A DNA stretch of 63,562 bases, counting the filler, from Pelomyxa schiedti (taxonomy: Eukaryota > Protista > Evosea): NCBI GenBank assembly GCA_020536535.1. It is 3 parts of 3 records of this genome, joined end to end, with 100 filler letters (N's around TTAATTAATTAA, not from the genome) between each part and the next. Parts side by side here need not be neighbours in the genome. Positions count along the whole stretch, not along the records: positions 1 to 26,594 come from JAHLWZ010000695.1; 2 more parts are not named here. One strand, 5' to 3'. A model generated the notes under the pieces. It did not search any database, was not told where the DNA came from, and saw only the letters and a program-made list of their open reading frames with translations. The position numbers and the translations under genes were made by a program. Shown piece by piece: positions 10,623-22,905 of this stretch (position 1 is the first letter of the stretch; each line of letters opens with the position of its first letter).

Positions 10623-13600
10623 ATGATGTGCGAAAAGGAGAAGATAGAAGAGAGAATGGGGACGGCCAGGACCGTGGAGGGCGGACTGGACGTGGACTTG
10701 TCGTCATTGGCTCTGCTGTCATTCCCAAACGTGGTCCTTAAAAGGGCTGCGGAGAAGCCCATCGCTTCTCTTTCTTTTAAGAACAACAAGCTGACTGGTA
10801 AGCGTGTTGTTTTTGCACTTCAATTTTTATCTCTCTCTCTCTTTTTTTTTTTTTTTTTAATATTGCTTGCTGTTGTGCCAACTGATGCTTAGAGTTGCCC
10901 TCTGAGATGGAACAACTTGCTCCAACACTCACGTGCCTCAATTTGGACAACAATAACTTCATTGACACCCCATCTGTGATTGCTTTGCTTCATGCTCTTC
11001 AAGGTGGGTGGGCCTCTTTCTTCACTTTCGGTTTGATAATATGGTTGTTTCAGAGGTGCACCTGCGGTTCAATAAACTAAGTGGTGAATTGAATGTGGCG
11101 TTGTGTGGTCTTCCACTTTTAACGCACCTTGACCTGAGCTGCAACAGGCTGACCAGAATACCGCCAAATATACAAGGGTAAAATTTCCGATTCCATCATT
11201 AACCCTAACTTTTGTGGAGATTGACTCACCTCAAAACTCTCAATCTGTTCCACAACTTCATTGTTGCAGTGGATCCAGCTTTGTTCTCTATTGCATCGTT
11301 GCAGTCACTCAACCTTGGGTAACATGAACATAAACTCACATTCCAAGAAAATAACGAGCGTTCACAGCTCTAATCAAATACGAGAAATCCCATCCGAAAT
11401 TGGAAATCTAAGCTCATTGACAGAGGTATTATCTTTTCTTTCTTTTTTTCCCCCCTCACCCTTTGTCAGCTGGATATTTCCAACAACAACATTACACGCC
11501 TTCCTGTTGAGTTGGTGAAACTGGGTGAAATCAAGACCCTTTCACTTCTCAACAATCCATGGGAATGCCCTTCACAGAGCATTTGTATGCAAGGAACAGA
11601 AGAAATATTCAAGGAACTGCGAAGACTTGCCTCTGGTTTTATTTCTCTCATTATGGCAACTTTTTAATCCCAATTAAGCCACTGGAAGTCCCAAGTTCTG
11701 TCAGCTAGTTGGTGTTACTAATACACTTCCCGGGAAGGCAATTCGATTCACAATCGTATCCAAAGGTAAAAATGAGGGAACTTTCTTTCACTTCTTAATT
11801 GCCATGTTAGATTCAAATAATGTACCTCGTGTATCTGGGGGAGACAACTTTCTTGGTTTAATAGTTTGATATGTTTCCGTCCCTCTAACTTCTCTTCTCC
11901 AGTCCAAGTAACTGGGCAGGTGGGAGACATGCCTGTTGCTGGAGTCGAATCTGATGTCATTGACAACAAGAACGGCACCTACACCGTAACATTAATGGTG
12001 CCCCAGCCTGGTACATACAACCTGAGGATACTTCTGAATTCCATTCCTCTTCAGCAATGTCCGGTTTTATTCACAGTCTTCCCACGTACAACTGCCTCAA
12101 TGAATTTCAATGTTTCACTTATTACCTCTCAGCTATTGTTGGGGATGCAGAAATTTCCCAATTGGATAAAATTGAGCTTGGGGATGATGTTGATATTGAC
12201 CTTGCATTCCAACAGGTGGATGATAGCCACTTTCAGCAATATGGAAGATTGCTTCAATTAAGCAGAGAGTATGCTTGCGCCTCACGTAATTCAAAAAGTT
12301 TAATGAGTAGTCCAGGTTTAATTTTTGTATCCCCATCCCAGAAATTGTTGTTTGCGGCTCTGGTGCTATTTCCCACTTACCGGAAGCCATCTTTGGATTT
12401 TACCCATTCGATTTTGGTATTCTAAAAACCGCCATCTCAAGATTACGCTGAGTTCAAATAGGAGACCTGAAACTAAAGCGACCACTTGTCATTCACATGA
12501 TTTACAATGCAGAGTGTGGAGAACCAAAAGTTATTCTCAAGCGGGACAGAGCGTTTGGCACTTCGGTCACTGGTGGGATGCGGTGGGTGAAACGCACATT
12601 ATCTTTTGCTAACAGTCAAAAACTCAGGGACTTGCCAATGGCATTGCCTGATCTCCTGGAGCATCTTCAGGCACGAAATAAGGATATCACCCCAGTCCCC
12701 ATGTACGTGCACATAGAGCATAGCGGTCTGATGACTGCAACAGTATTTGTGACTCCGGACTTTTCGTTCAACACCCCTGGAACTGCACCAGCAGCAACCG
12801 CGCAAGTTGAAGATATTGTGCTAGACTTGATCAAACCGCACCATAGGCTATTGTACTGCGTTCAACGTGTGCTTTCCAACGCTTAATTGTGCGTACTTCT
12901 AACTCCACAAAAGCTTGTATGGACTGGAAACTTGTGCAAATGTCACCCTGGGTCTCTCTGATCCTCAAGGCAGACCCCACATTCACCCGAACCAAATTCA
13001 TTTTTTCGGGGATGAACGAATACATCCAATCCCTGCACTCCACCTCTTTACTCAATGGCTTCTTCCAGGTTCAAATTTCTTTCATTTAATGCCTTCTCAC
13101 TGAAATAGAGGCACTTGTTTCCTGGATCCTGCTATTTCCTCTCTTTCTTATCGTCTCCCGTTCGTAAGACATGTTCGAGCAAATCAGGTTCCCCCACTCT
13201 CTGGTCGTTTGTAGGCCTCATGCATCCACAGATTACCAGAAGAGGATTCTCCAAACCGAAAGGAGAGATTTCATGTTCCTGGAAAGCAACAACTTCGACC
13301 AAAGGTAATGTGGAAGAAAAAACCGCTTCTAATTTCTGTTCGTTTTTCACAGGTTCCGGCCATTCATCGGGGCAATGGCAATCAGGAAAGCGACATATCA
13401 ATTTATTGTGGAACAGTACCAGACCCAGACACCAATGATATGGCGCAAAGCATCTGATAGCATCAAGTCAACAACTGGACAATTGAATGAATGTGTTGCC
13501 CTCCACGACTTGCTTCTGAGCGAAAAAAGTGATCTCCCATCAACACTGAGGTAGACCCAAGCGATAAAGAAGAATTATTAATTGATTCGTAGAGAACTTG

Positions 13601-14918
13601 TGAGCAACTACACAGAGAAGTTCTGCTTGTTGTTTGACTCCCTTATAAAAGGGTCTGCCCTTGGCTCACCAGCGGCAATGGGAATTTCACTTCCAGAAGA
13701 ACTTGCCCTCACCCAAGGTTCCCCAAATCTAACTCCTGACACTGTTAACTTAATCTCTTCCAGAAACGTATGCCATCCCGCCGGTGAAAGAACTTGGTGT
13801 GGAAAACGACATGTGCCATATTTTCGGTGGCAGTCAACTTGTATACATACCTCTACCTAGAGCTTATCAACGATTAACCATACACCATAGGTTCGAACTC
13901 TGGAGCACTTCCGGCACTTATGTGACACAGTACAACTGCCAAATCTGGCTGGTATATCAGATATTCTCCCATCCAATGTCAACCCCATTTTCGCGGTAAG
14001 TTTGAACACCAGAAATTAACAAAATGTTAAAAGTTTTCTAGGCAAGCCAGTTCGCCCAGCGGGAAGTTGCCACAGTTATGACACCCCTCATCAACCAGCT
14101 ATGTGACCGTGCCCTATTTGACATAAAGCACACAACCTCACTGGTTGAAAAGCTTTTGGCAAGCAATTCCCTTCCTGATACTGGTAATCGGCTACCCTTT
14201 CACCACTTAAGTTTCCGGTAACGCTTTACAGGCAAACATGACAGTGGAATATGTAAACGCATTGCTGAATTCTCCTATATCTCTAAACACGTGAAGGAAT
14301 TGTTCTTGTATGACAATATGAGTGTTTTCCTTGTTGTAACATATATTCCACCAGGGAGATGGTCAGTCAACAAGCAGAACAATTCAAGGAAAAGTGCACA
14401 TCGGAAGATTTCTCTAATCCTTGCGTTTTATGGGACATGCCATTTGTCTCCGCGTAAGCAACAGCGAATTTCCAATATCCATTCTTAAATTACAAACAGA
14501 AAAGAACTCGGAGACGCCAAGAACAGAGTTTCTCTGATCAACAATGTATACAATCCATCATTCCGCTTTTCTGACAGTCAAATTCGACAATACCAAAAAC
14601 AGATTTTCAGCAAACTCATAAAAAGCATCAGTGAAAGCGTAAGCATGAGGTTCTACAACATGTTCTTGTATTGTGTCACTGCCACAATCCCCCACTACAT
14701 GCACTCCACTCTTCTTAGCCTTGAGGACTCACAGATAAAGAAATTGTTCCAGGTAATAAATACCGCCTTTGTACTTATCGGTATAAGCTAACCCAAAATG
14801 TAATAACCAGTTGGAAGCACTGCAAGCACAACTGGACAAAGACATAGCCACACTCAAGAACACAGTGTCCGACTTTGAAGCAAAGGAGTCTGTGGCCAAG
14901 TCCATATCCCTGTATTGA
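10623..14918 (+). CDS. LRR + filamin(Ig) repeat + DRP5A/DlpA-class dynamin-like protein with degenerate GTPase motifs
   Basis: LRRs (LSFKNNKL, LNLDNNNF, LDLSCNRL, LNLFHNFI, LDISNNNI, LSLLNNPW). Filamin repeat VIDNKNGTYTV...PGTYNLRILLN. Then FQQYGRLL..IVVCG..EAIFGF..KRPLVIHMIYN..ITPVPMYVHIEH..LIKPHHRLL..DPTFTRT, which aligns by eye to DRP5A/ARC5/DlpA-type dynamins. Stop TGA 14916-14918. Confidence 0.75.
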
Positions 14919-15393
14919 TTTGATTTACCCCAACACAAAAGGAAGAAAAAGTAATAAGAGTTTTTTCCCCATCTTGCGTTTGTCTCCTCAAGAAGCCAGG
15001 GCAACGCAGAAAAAAAGAAGAACAAAGGTGATAGCGCCACGTGAAAGTGGCAGTCTCCTCAGAAGATTGAGGCCGCCGTGGACCGGAGAGTCTCTTGCGA
15101 GAGGGATGCTCTAAGATCGCGATCTCTTCCCAATCTTGATGCTGGGTGATAATCTCAGACCCCACAACAACGCTCTCAAAGACACCTCAGGCCCAAGGGA
15201 CGATGCAGGGATAGATTCCAGCTAGGATTTTTTTCGAGAAAACTTATCTGGCCAGTAGACTAATCCGAGGGAATCACAGGTTTCAGAAATTCCTGGCAGC
15301 ACATTTATACGTCGAAGTTACCCCACACAACTCCTTGTGGGATTTGGCTTGAATGGTGGTTTTTTTTTTGTTGTTGCCTAGAGGAAAGTGTTA

Positions 15394-16963
15394 TTATGAT
15401 AGTACTGGTGTGAAATGCGGAGGGGTGATGTGCTGTTGTTCTGCTAGGGAGAGAAGGGCATTAGCAACTGCGGCCGGATATATAACCATCCCGGTGCCTG
15501 TTGTCTGCTGCTTGACCTTGGCCATTTCCGGGTCTCCTGGCACAAGCACAGGCTTGCTGGGGTCTGTTGCCGGAAGTGACCTCATGGTGTCCATGAACCC
15601 CTGGTTGTATTTTGTAAATTCAGTGATATGAGTGGAAGTAGGGTTACCTGAAGGCTGGCCTCGAAATTGGGGTTGAATGCGTGGGGGTCAATTGCAATGA
15701 AGCAATGGGAAAGATCAGCCGGGCCCTGATTCTCGGCCTGAAGACTTGTTATTCATGTGTGCAAATTTCTTTTTGTAAAGAAAATGGAAACCTTTCTCCA
15801 AGGCCCTAAGTTGGGACCCCACTTCCCTCCTGACATTATTCCGCAAAACAGTTCCACAAACATTGCCAAACCATAGCTTTATTCATGTTAGGAGCGTGGT
15901 ATAATGGAGTTTATATACCCTTTATAGCCGCAATGTTCTTCATCACCACCGAGAGGAGCAAGACCACCCCTGTCCAAAACGGCTGCTGGATTCGTTGTTG
16001 GTAGTCCCGAGCCGTCTACTCCCCACCCAATTGGGACATTAATGCCTTTGCGGTTACACAGTTCCACTTTCCCAATGGGTACTGGCAAATATAAGAGAAG
16101 GAATGTATGCATGGCAGGAAAAAGACCTGTTGAGGTTGCCATATCCAAAGTGAAGGAGTCGCCATGTTCACCTGGAGCAGATACAGCAATCGGGTTGGTT
16201 CCCAGTGCTGGAGGTGGTGTGGACCTTGTTGGACAAACAAGTTTTCGGCTGTTTGTCATGCTGACCCCCACCATTCCTTGTTTCTCCTGTGAGAGAATAT
16301 AAAACGCCAGGTAATATGGAAAAAGGGAAAAAAGCATACAGCCAGCAGAGCATAATACCCGGCTATCCCGTAGTGATTTGAGCCTCTTGCCACAACCATG
16401 GCAATTCCGTTTGTGCGGGCCTTTTGTATTGCCAAGTTCATGCAAAATGTGCCAACATAGCCACCCAATCCACCACGCCCATCAACCACAGCAGTGCCTG
16501 GTGTTTCATTCATAACCTAATACAGAAATTTTACTTCATGTTCCTTTTTGTTTCATTTCTATCTTATTTGTTAAATATGGGGATCCCATTCATACCACTG
16601 GTTCCACACCCTTTGTCATATCAGGGGACAGTAGTTCAGTCACATACATGTCCAACCTGTTCAGTCCATGTGAATTCACGCCCCTCTCATCTTTTTGAAA
16701 AAGAAAGCCCCCCCCACCAAATCATTTCCCACAAGTATGTCCCACAAGACGCCCAATTAGTGCAAATTCCCCATTTCACCGTAAACCACAACTCACACAT
16801 CGCAACACGTCCAGGCAACCACACCCATAATACTATTACCGGCAGTTACTAGTAGATCTGCGTGTACCTCCGCGTGCGAAGGTGATGCCCCGGCACTCAC
16901 GAGGCACGACGCCGCGAACCGCCTCAGCTCAGCCCCACAACATCCCACCGTCGTTGCTGCCAT
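15394..16963 (-). CDS. Malate/L-lactate dehydrogenase family (Ldh_2) oxidoreductase
   Basis: Spliced ADERGVNSHGLNRL, GSNHYGIAGYY, GTNPIA, FTLDMATS, LAPLGG..HCGYKGY and VLVPGDPE motifs. Confidence 0.9.
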
Positions 16964-17111
16964 CCGTTCTCCAAAATGTGCCCGGTCTACGAATTTGTCC
17001 GCTGGGTAGATTGGGTTTGGATAGAGACCACCACACTGTTAGGTGTGCTGCGGTGTTGATAGTTGTTGTTTTACTTGTGTAGTAAGGGAGAAACAAGCCT
17101 GAAGACAAACA

Positions 17112-17362
17112 CAAGTGTCGTGGCACTATCAGGTGTCAGTCCAAAAAACTGTCCTCTGAACCGGATTCCCGGTGCCATCGCGGAAGGAGACCCGGAGCAC
17201 CTCAGCCTGTGTGGCAGTGTTACCAAGGTAGTTTCTCAGGTGGTGAAACTCAAAACTATGCTTGCTGCATTCTCCCACCCAGGACAGGCCCTTCTCAAGT
17301 GTCGTGGCACTATCAGGTGTCAGTCCAAAAAACTGTCCTCTGAACCAGGATTCCCGGTGCCA
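17112..17362. repeat. 66/67-bp direct repeat (17112-17177 and 17296-17362)
   Basis: caagtgtcgtggcactatcaggtgtcagtccaaaaaactgtcctctgaacc(a)ggattcccggtgcca occurs twice, differing by a 1-nt indel. Confidence 0.9.
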
Positions 17363-17642
17363 CCCAAATGTGGCTCACTTCGTTCACCCACTTTTGGGTG
17401 GTTACCTTTTCTACTTCCTTTTTTTTCCCCTGAACTGTTGGGGGCACTATTATGTAGGTTTTGATTTGTGTTTTAATTTTTTCTGTTGAAGAGACACATG
17501 CTTAATTTGAATGTAACAGTAATTTAGTGTTAGCTTATGTGGGAAGAGAATAAAGCCCCACAGAGGGAAAAAGAATGAAAAAAAGTAAGAGTGTAAAGGT
17601 TCTCTTGCTTGTTCTCATTCTTAGGTTACACATGTTCAAAGG

Positions 17643-17741
17643 ATATTAAATATTAAATATAATTTAAATATCAAATATAATTTAAATATTATTATATTAT
17701 TTAATATTAAATATAATTTTGGTGTGGTTAGGTGTGGTTAG
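17643..17741. repeat. Almost pure AT low-complexity repeat followed by (GGTGTGGTTA)x2
   Basis: Units such as aaatataattt and aaatatt over about 78 bp, then ggtgtggtta ggtgtggtta. Confidence 0.75.
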
Positions 17742-18412
17742 CTTCAGAGCCACACTGTTGTCCAATTCTCAGTCGAGATTACCATAGAAGCAATCACCAC
17801 TGCAGTCCGCATTAGTGCGTTATGTGTCTCATAAGATTGTCACTGCCTGATTCCAGTAATGCCATCAAGCCTGCATTGGATCTCAAGAATCGAGATTCAG
17901 ACAGAGTACACCAAGTGTCCATAGAGCTAAAGCTTGTGTACTTGCTAAAGGACATACACACAAGATTTTTTGTGAGAACAACAGGGACCTGGGCAGCCCC
18001 AACAGTGGCCCTTGGGTATTTGCAACTCCCATCAACACAACTGATGCCTTACTGAATAAATAAACAGTGGTGAGGTGGCTTCTCGTCGCCACTGATGTAT
18101 TTCTCGGAAAAGGGAATCTGGGTTGGGCGACACCTGTCAGTACGCTGACACAACCGCACACCCGTGGGCAAGCAGGTCCGGGTTGGTCACACTCCCTTTT
18201 CAGTGTCCCCCCCACTCAAACGTAACAGGGACTCCAGACTGACGCTGCTCCTAAGGAGAATGGTCTGTGACGGCGCTACTCATTGGCTCCCCTAGTAGGT
18301 TCGGACCTATCACCAAGATTTGTTCATATTTTTATTTTTGTTTAACAAAAATACACTCAGAAGGAGAGAAGGTGGATGTTTGTGTTGAGTGATTAACCTT
18401 CTGCTCCCGGGT

Positions 18413-21400
18413 TCATACAATGTCTGTGCGGACTGCTCCTCTTGGTTCCCACTTGAGTGACAAGTGATACAATTCCTGGTCATCAGAGCCATGTAGCTTT
18501 TGTAGATAGTTCAGAATTTGGTGAACTGGTTGCAGGTTGAATGCGGTCTGTTGGTACTGTTGCAAGAGTGATATCTAAATAAATCGGGTCAGTGGGTTCA
18601 TGTTTGGTATGACATACAATGTTGAAAATCAGGGTTCTCTTGGAGAAGTTGATAAGGTGTCCATAGTTGTCTGGGTTTTCATCCATGAATGTCAAGTCTG
18701 TCAGGTGGACACCTCTGTTGTTGGGTCAATGTAAGATCGGGAAACAGAGTAATGGTTACAAATATGGTAGGCAAGGCGGAGGTTGTGTGGCAAGCATTGC
18801 GCGGTAAGCTTTGAAATTCCCTTCAGTGGCAGTGATTCTGTCCAGTTCCACCTTGGCCTTTTTGATTTGAGTTGTTATTCTTGTGATGGGAGGAGGGAAT
18901 TCATTACGCGTTGTTGTGCAGCAGGAACTTCATCAAAAGTGAACTTGAGCCGGTGAACTGAACTGAAATTCAGTCCGGCAGTTATTGACATCACAGTGTT
19001 CCAATTCCGCAAAGTGGCAGCTTCCTATCAAAAATTAGTTTGTTACAAGCTTTCAGGTGACAACAAACCTCAGCAATTTTGATGAATTTTGTCATTATTC
19101 TTGCTCTGTCCCGCACACAGGGTAGCGCCAGAATTTCAGTTGCAACCCAGCAACTCACAACATTGAAACGCCGGATCATTCCAAGAACATTTACAGCACG
19201 GTGTCTGAGCTTTGGCTTGCTCCATGCCTGGTTCAACAACTCAAATGGCTGTGTTTGTGTTATTTTCAAAGTAATAAATCAGATACAAACCTTTATTTTC
19301 TGAAACATTTCAAAATCAATCAGGGTCATTTGCCTTGCCAACTCTTTCTCATCAATGTCCAGGAATGTCAGGGTGTTGCTGAAAATATTTGGGGGTATAA
19401 TAGGGTCTGGTGGTGAGTCACTGAATTTTCGAACCACAGGTTGGTTTGTTTCCTAAATGAATATATTATATATTTATGTTATGTATAAGGAGTGTGAGTG
19501 AGAACTCACGTTTATCATCTTGAGAAGGGCCTTGTTTAATGTGGCAGCGAGGGGGAGGGAGGATGTTTTCATTGCGTGGTCAATGAAAACTCTCATTTGA
19601 GAAACAAGCTTGTCATCAAAGTCATAACCATACTCCTCAATCCACTTTTTGATGACGTTGCAAACGCGGACTCTAATCACACCAGAAGCAATGCGGCTTT
19701 CTTCTCCTCCACCTTTGAAATTGGGAGGCACATCAAATCTGGAATGGGGTGGTAAGATATCATGATGAAGTGCTCTCTATCTTACCTTTGTCTCAACTTG
19801 GCAAGGAGTTTCTCCGGAGTTGTGAAACTTTGATATGTCATGAGGAATGTTTTCATAAATTCCATATCTGCTCAACAGATCAGTCTTGAAACAAGCATCA
19901 AGAATCGGTTTGAAAAAAATAACCTGATCTTGACTCAGCCGTGAGCCGTTCCACCAACTTGTTGAAGGATCCATTTTTGACACTTTCAGCAACTTCACCT
20001 GCAGCATTGGTGGTGGTTTCCACCAAGATCGTGTCTTGGGGCCCACCAGCCCATATGTTGACATCTTCTTCTTGTTCCGGTGCATCTTATGCAAGTTATT
20101 TCAATTGTGGTATTGGGTATAAATTTGTACCTTCTTCAGCAGAGAGTCCGAAAGAAAAGAGATGCTCTTCAAGAGGTTTTTCATCTTCCACCTTATCCCC
20201 TGACAAATAGTTAAGCCCGACACCTACAGACTGTGTTGTGGACTATACCCATAGTGAGGTCAAAAACTGTTTCTGTTTCTTTTATTCCTTGCTTCAAAAA
20301 TACAACCAATCTGCTGTTCGTGATCTGAGTTTTGGGCACTGTGCACAATGTTGGCTGCTTAAAAAAAAGGAGGATGAAAAGAGATTCGTACATTTTGTTC
20401 TACTTTCGGCCTCGAGGATTTTCCTTGTTTGTCTCAGTCCCTTCAGTTGCAGGTGCTGCAATATCAACTGCACAACATCAGTTTTAGTCAAAGCTTGTTT
20501 TACTTCTTGCTTTCCGGGGTGATATCTAAAACATAGAATAAGAAACAGTGAAAGATAGGAAAAAATGCAGGGCATTCACACACAGTTTGCAAAAGCTGAT
20601 TGCTCTGTGCAAAGGATAAATTCGTTCTCGCAGGTCACTCAGAAAAGGGTTCCTCTTCATTGCAATATTGAGCCACATTGCACGATCACAGGTGAAATGT
20701 GAGTATAAAACTTGAGAGAACAAAGTTAAAATGAAGCATAGTATTCACGGGAAAAAATATGCTATACATACCCATTTGAGTTCTCTGTTGTCTTCTTGCT
20801 GGTTTTCCTCCCCCTCGATATGCCGGTGTTTTGGCTGTGGTGCGAGCCTGTGGAAGTTTGCCTGCGAACGGCTGATCTTGGGGACTGTCCAAATTGGTTG
20901 TGTTGGCGGGAATGGGTGCTGGCACTGATGGAACTGGAGGTGGCAACGACGGAGGAGGAGGCAAATCAGCTGGAAGAGGTGGAAGAAGTTCGGAAGGCGG
21001 AGGTGGTGGAAATGTTGGAGTTGGTGATGACAATTCAACTTGAATTGAAGGATGTTGCATTTCCGTGTGTGATTCCTCGTGAAGGCTCAAAGTATACCGT
21101 TCCACATTGGCGGGAGGTGGAGGTGCTCTCCCCAAACGGTGAGCACTGGCAGTTTTTGGCAACTGCCGTGGAGTTGTTTGCGAGTGAAGAACTGCAGATA
21201 TTTGCTGTAATGTTACAGATGTGTTTGTGTTTGCAGAATTTATATCTGTTGCTGTTGAAAGGGTGATACTGTGGGCTGAGAGTGGTGGTGGTGCGTTTGA
21301 ATGAGTCCTCCCTGATGGTGGAGGGTTTTTTGGTTGAGTGGGTGTTGCTGGGAACTCTCGCTTTGAAGGTGGGGGTGTTTGGGGAGTGATGGAAATTGGG

Positions 21401-22416
21401 GGTGATGATGAAGGAGTCAGTGCAAGGTGCGTTGGTAACACAGTTGAACTGGAGAGTTTGGATGGAGTGGTGGCGGGGGAATTTGGTGAAACTTTAGATG
21501 ATGAGGCAGTGTCGTGTGTATGTGGAGCTTCCAAGTCAAGCTTCTGCTCAAGTAAAGGCGGTGCCATCACTGGCTTATGTTCAGGTGATTTCGCAACCAC
21601 TGCAGCAGAAGAAGCTGTTGGGAGTTGGGATGGCGTGGGAGGCCGAACTGGGATTTGCGGCAGTGTGCTTGCGTTTGTGCTTGAGGTTGTGGAAGGTGGT
21701 GGTGGGCATGCCGGAAAAGTCAATCCAGAGAGAACCTGCTGTGCCTTTTCCGGGTCAAAAGTGAGTGCGATGCAAGGCAATCCCGGCTTCAGTCCCCCCG
21801 TCGTCGACGATGTGCCGCCGATGTGGCTCACATCGGCCCCATAATTATGCTGCAGCGTCGTGGAGCTGTTGCTTCGCAACAACGGCCCGCCAGTGTTAGC
21901 ATTAGCAACAACGACGCTAGCGTTAGTAGTAGCAGCAGCAGCATTAGCAGAATTAGAATTAGCACCACATCCACCACCAAGTGTGCTAGTAGCAGTGCCG
22001 TTGCTGTTCCCGCTAATAATAGTAGCAGCAGCAGCAGGACCAAGCGATGGCGACGACGGCGACGGAGACGCCGACGAAAACGAAGACGAGGACGAGGAAG
22101 ACGACGACGACGAGGAGGACAGGGAAAGGGACGACGGTGGCTGTTGTTGTTGTTGTTGGGCGTAGAACGGAGACAGCTTGATGGACGTGGGCGGGGACGT
22201 CGTGGGGGCGGCCGGCCTCGACGGCGGCGGCTGAAACGCACGCAATGGCTTCACCACGCCGCCACCCCCGCCACCGATGGTGGTGATGAGGCCGGTGGAG
22301 TTGCTGTGAGTGGGTGGCGGGGGGTGGTGGTGGGAGGGTGCAGTAGGCGGAGGATTAGTATTATGGGATGAGGATGATGCCGCGGTTGTGGTTATCGGTA
22401 CAACGACCGTCGCCAT
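18413..22416 (-). CDS. RasGEF (LisH + REM + CDC25 domains) with long Pro/Ser-rich N-terminus
   Basis: LisH VVQLILQHLQLKGLRQTRKILEAE. REM segment IRVRVCNVIKKWIE. CDC25 motifs ELLNQAWSKPKL, RRFNVVSCWVATEIL, DLTFMDENPD, LINFSKR and LSLKWEPR. Confidence 0.92.
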
Positions 22417-22905
22417 CCTTGTCGTTTTTACGGCTTTCCTGTAGCACAATTTGATGAGAAAAATCAATTGGGACTCAGATCTTTGGGAATCAGATAATCA
22501 ACAGACCAGAACGCTTTATATCTGCTGATTATGGTGAGACACAGTGCACTGGTAACTTAACACGACGGGGTTGGTAGTTCCCGTTTTTATAATAATTATC
22601 AAATTATCTTCATACAAATAAAATGTAATACAAAATACGCAATATTATTATGAGTGAACATACACAAATCTTGCTCGTATGCAAACTCATGAGTTTATAT
22701 GGAGCTACAAACCCTTGGTGATGTCACTGCGACTGCTGAGAGAACTATAGCCGATCTGGTCCGGTTTGGGTGAGTGTGGTTTAGGTCTGCTGGATGTGGG
22801 TTCTGAAACGGCCTACAACCCCCACCCACCACCATGCTGAAGTCTTCCTTGTCACTGCCCGCTGAATCTCCAGACGTTGTAAAAAACAACCCACCATCGA
22901 TTGCG

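Noticed and set aside
17721-17741. (GGTGTGGTTA)2 as an interstitial telomere
   Set aside because: Only two units, and the organism's telomere repeat is unknown.
20731-22371. Long Gly/Arg/Glu-rich antisense ORFs over RasGEF (similarly over RasGAP, PDE, WD40 and Sel1)
   Set aside because: Shadow ORFs of GC-rich, low-complexity coding strands.
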